Origin: an uncultured Candidatus Saccharibacteria bacterium | GTDB lineage: Bacteria > Patescibacteriota > Minisyncoccia > UBA6257 > UBA9933 | Direction of reading: 5' to 3' | Assembly (NCBI GenBank): GCA_964398445.1 | Contig: CAYNMK010000001.1 | Location: 1 to 59,253 of the forward strand | DNA: 59,253 bases | Shown here: piece by piece, positions 9,267 through 18,284 of the stretch | Layout: each line of letters begins with the position of its first letter | How positions within the stretch are numbered: position 1 is the first letter of the stretch | Made by a program: the position numbers and the translations under genes | The notes under the pieces: model-generated | Seen by the model: only the letters and a program-made list of their open reading frames with translations | Database searches by the model: none | Told to the model about the DNA's origin: nothing

Positions 9267-9458
9267 ATGATAAATTCGCATAAAGAATACGCTCAATTTA
9301 TTTCTATTGCCTTTGGGTCTGGCGCAGAATTAAAAACTTAGCTATTATTATCAAAGAGATTAAAAATGATATCAAAAAAAGAACTCATTAAGTCAAAAGA
9401 ACTATTAAATGAGATAATGAAAATGTTAAATTCGTTATTGGCAAATTCAAGAAACTAA
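9267..9458 (+). pseudogene. 3' fragment of a four-helix-bundle (23S rRNA-IVS protein / Avd-like) gene with an in-frame TAG
   Basis: Hand translation gives MINSHKEYAQFISIAFGSGAELKT*LLLSKRLKMISKKELIKSKELLNEIMKMLNSLLANSRN*. This matches the C-terminal half of the family (..F..iA.GS..EL.TQL.l...l..i). TAG at 9339-9341 sits where Gln is expected. The N-terminal ~70 aa are absent. Confidence 0.6.
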
Positions 9459-9492
9459 CGCACTAGTGACTAATCGCTGGTGACTAATACCT

Positions 9493-10140
9493 ATGCCTAA
9501 ACAAAGCGCATCAACCCAACAATTTGTAGATATTGAAAATATTAGCAACGATGTAATTATTTTAAAAAACGGTTCTTTGCGTCGAGTTTTGATGGTGGCT
9601 GGAATTAATTTTGAGCTTAAATCTGAAGAAGAGCAAAATATTATTACTTATGCTTACCAGAATTTTTTAAACACATTAAATTTTTCCGTCCAATTTATAA
9701 TCCATTCCCGAAAATTAAATATTGATGGCTATCTTGAAAAATTAGCCGGACGCAAAAAGCAAGAAAACAATGAATTGATGAAAAATCAGATTTCCGAATA
9801 CATAGAATTTATCCGCTTATTTGTTGATCAAAATGCAATAATGACAAAAACTTTCTTTGCCATAGTTCCTTATGACCCAATTCAAATTCCTACTGGCGGT
9901 AAAAAAATTTTTGAAATATTTAAGCTAAAAGGAAAGACACAAACCACTCAAACAGAACGAAATTTAGAACAAAAAATTCAACAACTTAACCATAGAACCG
10001 ACCAAATAATAAATGGGCTTACGCAAATAGGCCTCCGCGTAGTTCCGCTTAACAATGAAGAATTGATTGAATTATTTTATAATCTTTATAATCCGGGCAC
10101 TACAGAAAAAGGGGGATTAAAAATTGCCAAAGAACAATAA
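9493..10140 (+). CDS. VirB4/TrsE-like protein, N-terminal part
   Basis: 215 aa, in the same frame as the next ORF and separated from it only by TAA plus 3 codons. The start (QQFVDIENISNDVIILKNGSLRRVLMVAGINF) resembles the N-terminal domain of Gram-positive-type VirB4. Confidence 0.6.
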   Translation: MPKQSASTQQFVDIENISNDVIILKNGSLRRVLMVAGINFELKSEEEQNIITYAYQNFLNTLNFSVQFIIHSRKLNIDGYLEKLAGRKKQENNELMKNQISEYIEFIRLFVDQNAIMTKTFFAIVPYDPIQIPTGGKKIFEIFKLKGKTQTTQTERNLEQKIQQLNHRTDQIINGLTQIGLRVVPLNNEELIELFYNLYNPGTTEKGGLKIAKEQ

Positions 10141-10149
10141 TATACCAAT

Positions 10150-11895
10150 ATGGAGAAAATAAAAATCCAACAATCTTATATGGCAGGCAAGAAAGACATT
10201 AAAGATATTATCGCGCCAACAGCAATAGAAATTAACCCGAATTACCTGAGATTAGGCAATAAATTTGCAAAAACAATTTTTATCTTTACTTATCCCCGAT
10301 ATCTGTCAACAGGCTGGTTTAATTCAATTATTAACCTTCCTAATCTTCTGGATATTTCCATTTTCGTTCACCCTGTTGAGACAAGCTTAGCATTAAAAAA
10401 TCTTCTTAAAAAAACCGCTCAAATTCAAGCCCAACTTTTAGAACGAGACGAAAAAGGATTAGTTAGAGACCCTATGCTAGAAACCGCTTTTCAAGACATT
10501 GAGGCATTACGCGACATACTTCAGCAATCTCAAGAGCGATTATTTAATGTCGGAGCTTATATTACTATTTATGGAGAAACACTTGAAGAATTAAATAAAT
10601 TAGAAGAAAGCATTAATTTCCTACTTGAAAGCCACTTAATTTACGCGAAACCAACAATTTTTCAACAACTCGAAGGAGTCCAGTCAACTCTGCCACTTGG
10701 GCAAGATAAACTTCTTTTTCATACGCCACTTAACTCTGGTCCAGTTTCTTCTTTTTTTCCATTTGCTTCTACTGATTTAACGTCAGACGAAGGAATACTT
10801 TACGGCATTAATCGCCATAATAATACTTTAGTAATTTTTGACCGTTTTTCTTTAGAAAACGCAAATCAAGTTGTATTCGCAAAAGCCGGGGCAGGCAAAA
10901 GCTACGCCACAAAAATCGAAATTCTTCGCTCTTTAATGATGGGAATAGATGTTTTAATTATTGACCCTGAAAAAGAATATCAAAAATTAGCAGAGTCAGT
11001 CGGCGGAAATTTCTTTAAAATTTCTTTAACTTCAGAAAATCAAATCAATCCTTTTGACATTCCAATTATTCCTGAAGACGAAGAACCCGCTGATATTTTT
11101 AAATCCCATATTCTTAATCTTGCGGGACTACTTAAATTAATGCTTGGCCAAATTACACTTGAAGAAGACGCGCTTTTAGACAGGGCAATTATAGAAACAT
11201 ACGCTTCGCGCGACATTACGCCCGAGAAAAAGGACCTTGCGGATATTCAACCTCCAATTATGGAAGATTTGCAAATTATTTTAGAAAATACCGACGGAGG
11301 ACAAGGGCTGGCCCAACGATTAGAAAAATATACCCGAGGCAGTTATGCCGGCTTCACTAACAAACCGACGAATATTGATATTAAAAACCGCTTAATTGTT
11401 TTTTCAATACGCGACCTAGAAGAACAACTTAGGCCGATTGCAATGTACATTGTTCTAAACTTTATTTGGAATCTTATCCGAGCTGAGCTTAAAAAACGAA
11501 TTATGATTATTGACGAAGCGTGGTGGATGATGAAATATCAGGACAGCGCCTCTTTCCTTTTCGCCCTGGCAAAACGTTGCCGAAAATATTACCTAGGCCT
11601 TACCACCATTACTCAAAATGTCGCTGATTTTCTTGAATCACCTTACGGCCGCCCAATTATTACTAATTCCTCTATTCAATTATTACTAAAGCAATCACCA
11701 GCGACCATAGATTTACTGGCAAAAACCTTTAATCTCACAGAAATGGAAAAACAATTATTATTAGAAGCTGCAATCGGCGAAGGATTATTTTTCGCCGGCT
11801 TAAAACATGTAGCAATTCAAATTGTTCCATCTTATTTTGAAGACAAAATCATTACCACAGACCCAGAACAGTTACTAGAGCAAAAAAAAGATTAG
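10150..11895 (+). CDS. virB4: VirB4/TrsE-like type IV secretion ATPase, ATPase part
   Basis: 581 aa. Walker A AKAGAGKSY and Walker B RIMIIDEAWWMM. The segment TYPRYLSTGWFNSIINL is typical of VirB4/CagE/TrbE-class proteins. Confidence 0.85.
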   Translation: MEKIKIQQSYMAGKKDIKDIIAPTAIEINPNYLRLGNKFAKTIFIFTYPRYLSTGWFNSIINLPNLLDISIFVHPVETSLALKNLLKKTAQIQAQLLERDEKGLVRDPMLETAFQDIEALRDILQQSQERLFNVGAYITIYGETLEELNKLEESINFLLESHLIYAKPTIFQQLEGVQSTLPLGQDKLLFHTPLNSGPVSSFFPFASTDLTSDEGILYGINRHNNTLVIFDRFSLENANQVVFAKAGAGKSYATKIEILRSLMMGIDVLIIDPEKEYQKLAESVGGNFFKISLTSENQINPFDIPIIPEDEEPADIFKSHILNLAGLLKLMLGQITLEEDALLDRAIIETYASRDITPEKKDLADIQPPIMEDLQIILENTDGGQGLAQRLEKYTRGSYAGFTNKPTNIDIKNRLIVFSIRDLEEQLRPIAMYIVLNFIWNLIRAELKKRIMIIDEAWWMMKYQDSASFLFALAKRCRKYYLGLTTITQNVADFLESPYGRPIITNSSIQLLLKQSPATIDLLAKTFNLTEMEKQLLLEAAIGEGLFFAGLKHVAIQIVPSYFEDKIITTDPEQLLEQKKD

Positions 11896-11957
11896 CCATT
11901 AAATCATTAGCCACCAATAATCACCGATGGCTAGCGATTAACAGTTAACAACTAAAA

Positions 11958-12332
11958 ATGGAAGAACAAAAAAAAATATCACTGCCCGAAATAATTCTAA
12001 TGATAATGATTGTCGGAGGAGCAGACTTATTTGATGCGATTACCACTTTAGTTGCGCTTGTTCCAATTATTGGCAAAGTTTTTGTTTTTACAAACATTTT
12101 TGTAGGCATCTTTGTTTTGCTAATTATTCAATTCTGGCTTATACTAAAAGGAGGAATTGGATTTAAAAAACAACTCGTTGTTTTAGTCGGCAATTTAATA
12201 GAACTTATTCCAGGATTAAATATCCTGCCAATTCGCACCCTAACTCTATTAATAGCAATTTATCTGATTAACCATCCAAAAATTATGAAAATCGCTAGTC
12301 GAACGCAAAAAACAATAAAAACAAAAGAATGA
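11958..12332 (+). CDS. small integral membrane protein (T4SS-like block)
   Basis: 124 aa with 3 hydrophobic helices. Its stop overlaps the next start (ATGA at 12329-12332). Confidence 0.5.
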   Translation: MEEQKKISLPEIILMIMIVGGADLFDAITTLVALVPIIGKVFVFTNIFVGIFVLLIIQFWLILKGGIGFKKQLVVLVGNLIELIPGLNILPIRTLTLLIAIYLINHPKIMKIASRTQKTIKTKE

Positions 12333-13033
12333 GTATTAATATTAAAAAACTTAAAAATCTTATTATTTTAATAGTCGCGTTTTTTCTTTTCTCTTTTCTT
12401 TTTGTCCCTTACTCTTTAGGGAGTTCCCCGCAATTCCTTGCCTCTTGGCAGACAAATAGCTATGCCCCTTCATGGTATCAAGGAAAAGTTTTTCCAACTT
12501 TCGGTTCTTTGATTGAAATAAATTTTGAGCTAATTGACAATAATAAAATTGTTGATCTTTCAAAAAATAAAATCCGCTGGCACATTAATAATAGATTAAT
12601 AAAAAATGAAACTGATGGATTGGGAATAAAATTTTTAAAATTCACCAACAATAATCTAATTGGAAGAAATATTGAGATAAAAATAACGATTGTGGATTAT
12701 GGCGATCAACCTTTATTTAAAATTATTCGCATTCCAGTGGTAGCCCCCAAAACTATAATTGACGCGCCGCATCCAAAACGAAAAATAGGCGTCGGAGAAA
12801 ATTTATTCCGAGCTTTGCCATTCTTTTTTAATATTAAAAATTTGGACAAACTTTCTTTTGAGTGGCAAGCTGATAAGCAAACTTCTAATATTACTGAAAA
12901 TCCGCAAGAACTTAATTTAAATATTGACGCCCGAACTCTACCTGGAACTACCATAAGGATTAGGGCAATAATTAAAAATATTGCCAACCAATTAGAATTT
13001 GCGAGTGAAAATATTAAAATAGAAATTAAATAA
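12329..13033 (+). CDS. hypothetical secreted or anchored protein (T4SS-like block)
   Basis: 234 aa with an N-terminal signal/anchor (LIILIVAFFLFSFLFVPYSLG). The remainder looks beta-rich. Translationally coupled to the preceding gene. Confidence 0.5.
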   Translation: MSINIKKLKNLIILIVAFFLFSFLFVPYSLGSSPQFLASWQTNSYAPSWYQGKVFPTFGSLIEINFELIDNNKIVDLSKNKIRWHINNRLIKNETDGLGIKFLKFTNNNLIGRNIEIKITIVDYGDQPLFKIIRIPVVAPKTIIDAPHPKRKIGVGENLFRALPFFFNIKNLDKLSFEWQADKQTSNITENPQELNLNIDARTLPGTTIRIRAIIKNIANQLEFASENIKIEIK

Positions 13034-13060
13034 AAACGAATTTACGAGGATAATAAAAAT

Positions 13061-13597
13061 ATGAAAAAAATAATTTTAAAAATTATTCTAATCATCGCTG
13101 TTATTGCTCCTATATCCCCCTTTCCTTTCTTTTCTTTTGATATAATTTCTGCCTCTACTATCAACTTTGAGCCTAGATATCCATGGCAGGAAGAAGGGGT
13201 AGAAACCCCGACCGAACTAATAAGAGTTATTTACATTTACGCCCTGGGCATTGTTAGCGTTGTTGCCCTAATGGTAATGATTTACGGAGGAATTCTATAC
13301 ACCGCTTCTGCGGGCAACACCTCAAAGCAACAAGAAGCCAAAAATTGGATAACAGGCGCTGTTTTAGGTTTAGCGCTTTTATTGGGCGCCTACTTAATAC
13401 TTTGGACAATTAATCCAGATTTAGTACGATTAAGAGATGCGCACTTTCCTGAGCTGGACGAATTTGAGGTCAGAGGGCCCGACGGTCATATTCCTTATCG
13501 AGGCGAAGGAGGTGGCATAATGCCCGAAGAGCGCCTTACTCCCGTTCCCGGAACGGGGATCCCCTTTAATCAAAACCCCCATCAAGCCCAACAATAA
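13061..13597 (+). CDS. VirB2/TrbC-like T4SS pilin candidate
   Basis: 178 aa. Signal peptide, then two hydrophobic helices (IYIYALGIVSVVALMVMIYGGILY and GAVLGLALLLGAYLILW) separated by a short polar loop, then a Gly/Pro-rich tail. This is pilin-like architecture. Confidence 0.5.
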   Translation: MKKIILKIILIIAVIAPISPFPFFSFDIISASTINFEPRYPWQEEGVETPTELIRVIYIYALGIVSVVALMVMIYGGILYTASAGNTSKQQEAKNWITGAVLGLALLLGAYLILWTINPDLVRLRDAHFPELDEFEVRGPDGHIPYRGEGGGIMPEERLTPVPGTGIPFNQNPHQAQQ

Positions 13598-13624
13598 CTT
13601 AAAAAATAACTAAAATCGCTAAAA

Positions 13625-14812
13625 ATGAAAAAAATATCTATTATTATCAGTATAATACTTGGCTTAATGGCTTTAACAGGTGGCATTTATTTTGCCTGGA
13701 AAAAATCCCAAGAAATTTTAATACCCCCGATATCTCCAGCAATTCAATTTCCAATAGTTCCGATAGCTCCAGAACCTCTAATCCCTGATCTGAAGATTGT
13801 CAGCGACCAACCGATTTTTGATTATTTTATCCTGTATAGCTTTGACAAAAATGAATCGCCAACCTTCATTAAAATTTTTTACATTACTCAAAGCGGCAAA
13901 ATATTCAAAGTTACAGAAGATGCTGAAAATGAACTTATTAGCTCGCAAATAAAAAATAATCTTCAACAAGTTAAATCTAGTAATAATGGCGAAAACATTT
14001 TAATAAAACACGGTGATTTAAATATGCCTCAATTTACTATTTTTAATACAATAGAAAAAACATGGGAATTACTTCCCCGTGGAATTACCGCGGCTGATTT
14101 TTCTCCAGACAATAAAAAAATCGCTTACTTAAAAAGTAATGGCAATAAAAGCGATTTAATCATAAAAAATATAGGCGAAGCAAAGACTACTAAAATTATT
14201 TCTCTTTTTCAAAAAGATTTTGACTTAAAATGGTTAACTGCTAAAAAAATTTTATTACTTCCAAAACCATCTTTTTTGATTAATGCCGACATCTGGGCAA
14301 TTAATATAAAGAATAAAACCCTAAACAAGGCAGCTTCTGGAAAAGGGTTAATGATTAATTGGTCGCCTGACGGCTCTATGGGAATAAAATTCTCTGTTGA
14401 TGAAAGAAGAAATCCTCACCTAGACTTAATAGATAGTAATAAAAGAATTCTTGCGAGTTTTGTTTTCTTAGCTCAAACCGATCACGGAGAACAAGTTCAA
14501 GCTGGCCTAAGACACATATTAACCCTGCCAAACAAATGTTCGTTTAATTTAAATTCAACAAAAATTTACTGCGCTGTCCCGCAGGCATATAACTCTATTG
14601 AAAGACCGAACTTACCGGATGACTATTTAAAACGAGCAGTTTATTTTGATGATTTTATCTATGAAATAGATATTATGCAAAACACTTTTAAAGCAATTCA
14701 CAACGATCCTAAATTAATTATTGACGCCTTCAATCTTTCAGTCCATAATACTCAACTTTTCTTTATTAACCGTTACGATGATATGCTTTACAAACTAAGG
14801 ATTAGCCACTAG
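13625..14812 (+). CDS. membrane-anchored protein with TolB/PD40-like beta-propeller repeats
   Basis: 395 aa with an N-terminal TM helix. Repeat signatures FSPDNKKIAYL and WSPDGSM are typical of PD40/WD40-like propellers. Confidence 0.5.
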   Translation: MKKISIIISIILGLMALTGGIYFAWKKSQEILIPPISPAIQFPIVPIAPEPLIPDLKIVSDQPIFDYFILYSFDKNESPTFIKIFYITQSGKIFKVTEDAENELISSQIKNNLQQVKSSNNGENILIKHGDLNMPQFTIFNTIEKTWELLPRGITAADFSPDNKKIAYLKSNGNKSDLIIKNIGEAKTTKIISLFQKDFDLKWLTAKKILLLPKPSFLINADIWAINIKNKTLNKAASGKGLMINWSPDGSMGIKFSVDERRNPHLDLIDSNKRILASFVFLAQTDHGEQVQAGLRHILTLPNKCSFNLNSTKIYCAVPQAYNSIERPNLPDDYLKRAVYFDDFIYEIDIMQNTFKAIHNDPKLIIDAFNLSVHNTQLFFINRYDDMLYKLRISH

Positions 14813-14820
14813 AGTGGCTA
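14803..14820. terminator. hairpin between convergent genes (weak terminator candidate)
   Basis: TAGCCAC-taga-GTGGCTA, a 7-bp stem with a 4-nt loop, overlapping the TAG stop at 14810-14812. No clear T-run follows. Confidence 0.3.
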
Positions 14821-14829
14821 GCAGCTTAA

Positions 14830-15258
14830 CTAAACCAGCTTAATCATTACTCTCCGCTCTTTATCCTGGCCAATGCTTTCAGTGGCTATGTCGGAACGAT
14901 TAACTAACTCTAAATGAATCAATCGGCGCTCATAAGAATTCATTGCTGGTAATGAAATATTTTCTTTGGTCATAATAACTTTTTTTGCCGTGGCCCGAGC
15001 TAATTCTAAAATTAAGCTTTCGCGCTCTAATCGATAATTATTTATATCAACAAAAACTATTCCAAAATCATTTTTTTTAGCAATTAATTTAACTAAATAA
15101 TCCAAGTCAGCCACAAAATGAGGTAAAAGTTTTTTAATATCTTCTTTTTCACTTAAAAAAACCAGAAAACGGCCACTCTCTTTGCTATAGCTAACCGAAA
15201 AATTACTAAAGCCCATTAATTCAATAAGTTTTTGAAGTTTATTTTGCAATATTTCCAT
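14830..15258 (-). CDS. jag: Jag/KhpB-type RNA-binding protein (KH + R3H)
   Basis: 142 aa with an R3H-type segment (SYERRLIHLEL), in the canonical position downstream of yidC. Confidence 0.75.
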   Translation of the reverse strand: MEILQNKLQKLIELMGFSNFSVSYSKESGRFLVFLSEKEDIKKLLPHFVADLDYLVKLIAKKNDFGIVFVDINNYRLERESLILELARATAKKVIMTKENISLPAMNSYERRLIHLELVNRSDIATESIGQDKERRVMIKLV

Positions 15259-15305
15259 TTTAGTTTAGCTAACAACCTACAACTAGCGACTTTAAATTTG
15301 TATCG

Positions 15306-16025
15306 TTAGTTATTAATCGTTAACGATTTATTAATTATTACTTGCTGAGCAACGGAAAACAACGTTGTTGTCAACCAATACAAAGCGACTGCTGACGGCA
15401 AATTAAACGCGAATAAAAAAATAAAAGTTAAAATCGGCCCTATAAACACCATATGCTCAGTCATTTTTTCAATAGGAGATAATGATTGAGAAAGATTACT
15501 TTTAATTTTTACAAACATTAATTTTCCTTGAAAATATTGGGCAATAACCGCCAAAATTATAATATAAATATTTCTAACACTTAAATCAATTAATCCTAAA
15601 AAATATAAACTTAATGAGTCTGGGCGCGAAATAAAAGAATATAAAATATCAAACGAATCAACTGAAAGTCCTTTCCAAAAAACTAAATACAACGCAATCA
15701 AAATCGGCATTTGAACAAGAATCAACAAAAATAACCCGGAAAGCGGATTAACCTTATGAAAGCGATAAAGATCAAACATTGCTTGCGCTTGTTTCTCTCG
15801 ATTACCTTTATGGTTGCGCTGAATTTCTTTTATTTTTGGCATTAAGCGCCTCATAATTGCTTGATCTTTAGCCCCCTTATGAAACAATGGAAATAAAATT
15901 AACCTAATTAAAATTGTTAGAATAATAATCGCGATACCAATGTCCTGAAAAGAAAAATTTTGATATAAAAAAATCAAAAGATTAAACAAAGGGCGATACA
16001 ATAATTCATGAAATATATTATACAT
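15306..16025 (-). CDS. yidC: membrane protein insertase YidC (short form)
   Basis: 239 aa with about 5 TM helices and a basic loop (RRLMPKIKEIQRNHKGNREKQ). Lies between rnpA and jag. Confidence 0.85.
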   Translation of the reverse strand: MYNIFHELLYRPLFNLLIFLYQNFSFQDIGIAIIILTILIRLILFPLFHKGAKDQAIMRRLMPKIKEIQRNHKGNREKQAQAMFDLYRFHKVNPLSGLFLLILVQMPILIALYLVFWKGLSVDSFDILYSFISRPDSLSLYFLGLIDLSVRNIYIIILAVIAQYFQGKLMFVKIKSNLSQSLSPIEKMTEHMVFIGPILTFIFLFAFNLPSAVALYWLTTTLFSVAQQVIINKSLTINN

Positions 16026-16054
16026 AAATAAAAATTTAAAATGTAAATATTATT

Positions 16055-16375
16055 TTACATTTTATTCAACATATTTTCAATTTCTCTCCCTATTTCTGCT
16101 TTTGTTAATTTATTTACAGATAACAACACAATAAATAAGATATCTTTGCCAGCCCCTAAATGATACTCTTTTAACCTAAAAAAATCAAAAATAATTCTTT
16201 TTATTTTATTGCGCTTAACCGCGCTTTTATTAACTTTGCCGCTTATAATTACTCCAATCCTGCTAAATAATAAATTATTTTTTTTGAATTTAAATATAAA
16301 ATAGTCGCCTTTAATAATATTGGAACGACTTTTAATAAACTCCTGAATCGGTAGACGATATTTTTTTGATAACAC
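16055..16375 (-). CDS. rnpA: ribonuclease P protein component
   Basis: 106-aa basic protein (LSKKYRL.., KRNKIKR) directly downstream of rpmH. Confidence 0.8.
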   Translation of the reverse strand: MLSKKYRLPIQEFIKSRSNIIKGDYFIFKFKKNNLLFSRIGVIISGKVNKSAVKRNKIKRIIFDFFRLKEYHLGAGKDILFIVLLSVNKLTKAEIGREIENMLNKM

Positions 16376-16501
16376 AATTAATATCGCGAGCCGAAGGCGA
16401 GCTAATATCTATTGCATATCTATGTATATCAATTCACGAAGATATAAATAAATACTTGCCCCTTCGGGACGATATTTGCTCAACCTAAAAGTTTCGCGAG
16501 A

Positions 16502-16636
16502 CTACACAGAAATCTTTTTTCTTCCCTTCTGCCTCCTTCTTCTTAAAATATTTTTTCCTCCAGGCAACTGAGATCTTTTTAAAAACCCATGTATTCGTTT
16601 TCTTTTTCTTTTCTTAGGCTGATAAGTAATAGACAA
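16502..16636 (-). CDS. rpmH: 50S ribosomal protein L34
   Basis: Not in the ORF track because it is under 60 aa. Hand translation of the minus strand gives (M/L)[43 protein letters not shown], which matches the L34 consensus. The start is apparently TTG at 16634-16636 and the stop is at 16502-16504. The exact start is uncertain. Confidence 0.85.
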   Translation of the reverse strand: MSITYQPKKRKRKRIHGFLKRSQLPGGKNILRRRRQKGRKKISV

Positions 16637-16919
16637 AATAATTACAGTAATTATTGACAACAACTATTGATAAAAAATTACAATAACCATAAACACAATA
16701 ATTAAAGATTAATAACTATATTAGATTTTTATATAATAAAGTATTTTTTTAATTTAATCAATACATTGCAAAATTCAAAAAGTTTTCCACAGATAATTAA
16801 CATATTTAAAACATTTTTGGGTTTGACTAATTTCTATGTCCATATAAAATATAAGCATATTATAATTATTTATCTTCAATGATTAATATTAATAATATAA
16901 ATAAAAATTTTACTATAAT
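16637..16919. other. candidate oriC / dnaA upstream region
   Basis: 283-bp very AT-rich rpmH-dnaA spacer. One DnaA-box-like TTTTCCACA sits at 16783-16791, and the same 9-mer occurs again at 18293-18301 between dnaA and dnaN. 16860-16919 is almost pure A/T (possible DUE). Confidence 0.5.
16823..16850 (+). promoter_or_regulatory. candidate dnaA promoter
   Basis: TTGACT (16823-16828), 16-nt spacer, TAAAAT (16845-16850). Confidence 0.35.
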
Positions 16920-18284
16920 ATGGACTTAAATAAACTATGGCAAACAACTTTATCAGAGCTTGAGCTTCAAATTTCTCGTCCTAATTTTTTAACATGGTTA
17001 AAAAGTAGTCGATTAATTAAAAAAAACGACAATGGACGGGTGTTAATTGGTTTGGCTAACAATTTTACTAAAGAATGGGTAGAAAATAAATATCATAAAA
17101 CAATTTTAAATATTCTCCATTCATTAGATGAAACAATTAAAGGAGTTGAATATACAGTTTTAACAGGAATGCTCAACGGACAGGCGCTAAAGACTCATAT
17201 TGAACAAAAAAAAAATAATCAATTACACCCAAGTTTTCCTGAATTAAAAATAAACCCTGAAACCAATCTTCATCCTCGTTATAATTTAAATTCTTTCGTA
17301 GTTGGATCTTCTAATGAATTAGTTTACGCAGCTGCTTCAGCCGTGATTAAAGAAGTTGGGAAAAAATATAATCCATTTTTTATCTACGGAGGTGTTGGGT
17401 TGGGAAAAACCCACTTAATTCAAGCAATTGGAAATGAAATTCAACAACTTTATAAAAATAAAACAAAGGTAAAATATGTGCCGTCAGAAAAATTTGTTAA
17501 TGAAGTTATTTGGGGAATTCGCAATAAACGAATGGACGACATTAAAAAAAGATATCGCGATGTTGATGTTTTAATTATTGATGATATTCAATTTATCGGC
17601 GGCAAAGAAAGAAGCGAAGAAGAATTTTTTCACACCTTTAATGCCCTTTACGAAAATAATAAACAAATAATTATTTCTTCCGACAGATCGCCTGCCGCCA
17701 TTCCAACACTTGAAGAACGGCTGCGCTCGCGTTTTTTGGGCGGAATGATTGCCGATATTTCACCTCCTGACTATGAAATGAGAGTAGCAATTATAAAAAC
17801 CAAACTTCAAGAAAAAAATAGCACTCTTTCAGATGATCTTTGCGGATTAATCGCTAATAAAATTAGAAAAAATGTTCGCGAAATTGAAGGAATTATAAAT
17901 AAAATTATCTTTTATCAAGAAAATAAAAATATTAATTTAACACTAGATACAATTGAAGAAATTATAAACATATCTATTCAACAATCGGTTAAAAACATCA
18001 ACCCAAAACAAGTTATTGATGCAGTAGCTAAATTTTTTGAAACAACACCTATTGATTTAATCGCCCGCTCAAGAAAAAAAGAAATAGTTGAGCCACGTCA
18101 AATAACAATGTTCCTTTTAAGGGATATACTGGGTTTATCTTACCCATCTATTGGGGAAAAGATGGGGAAAAGAGACCATAGCACCGCAATTCATTCATGT
18201 GAAAAAATCTCGCAAAAAATCAATCAAAATCATAATTTAAACCAAAAAATTATCCTAATTAAGGAATTAATTTATAAACAATAA
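16920..18284 (+). CDS. dnaA: chromosomal replication initiator DnaA
   Basis: 454 aa. Walker A GGVGLGKTHL, Walker B LIIDDIQF, sensor region and C-terminal DNA-binding domain (GKRDHSTAIHS). Confidence 0.95.
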   Translation: MDLNKLWQTTLSELELQISRPNFLTWLKSSRLIKKNDNGRVLIGLANNFTKEWVENKYHKTILNILHSLDETIKGVEYTVLTGMLNGQALKTHIEQKKNNQLHPSFPELKINPETNLHPRYNLNSFVVGSSNELVYAAASAVIKEVGKKYNPFFIYGGVGLGKTHLIQAIGNEIQQLYKNKTKVKYVPSEKFVNEVIWGIRNKRMDDIKKRYRDVDVLIIDDIQFIGGKERSEEEFFHTFNALYENNKQIIISSDRSPAAIPTLEERLRSRFLGGMIADISPPDYEMRVAIIKTKLQEKNSTLSDDLCGLIANKIRKNVREIEGIINKIIFYQENKNINLTLDTIEEIINISIQQSVKNINPKQVIDAVAKFFETTPIDLIARSRKKEIVEPRQITMFLLRDILGLSYPSIGEKMGKRDHSTAIHSCEKISQKINQNHNLNQKIILIKELIYKQ

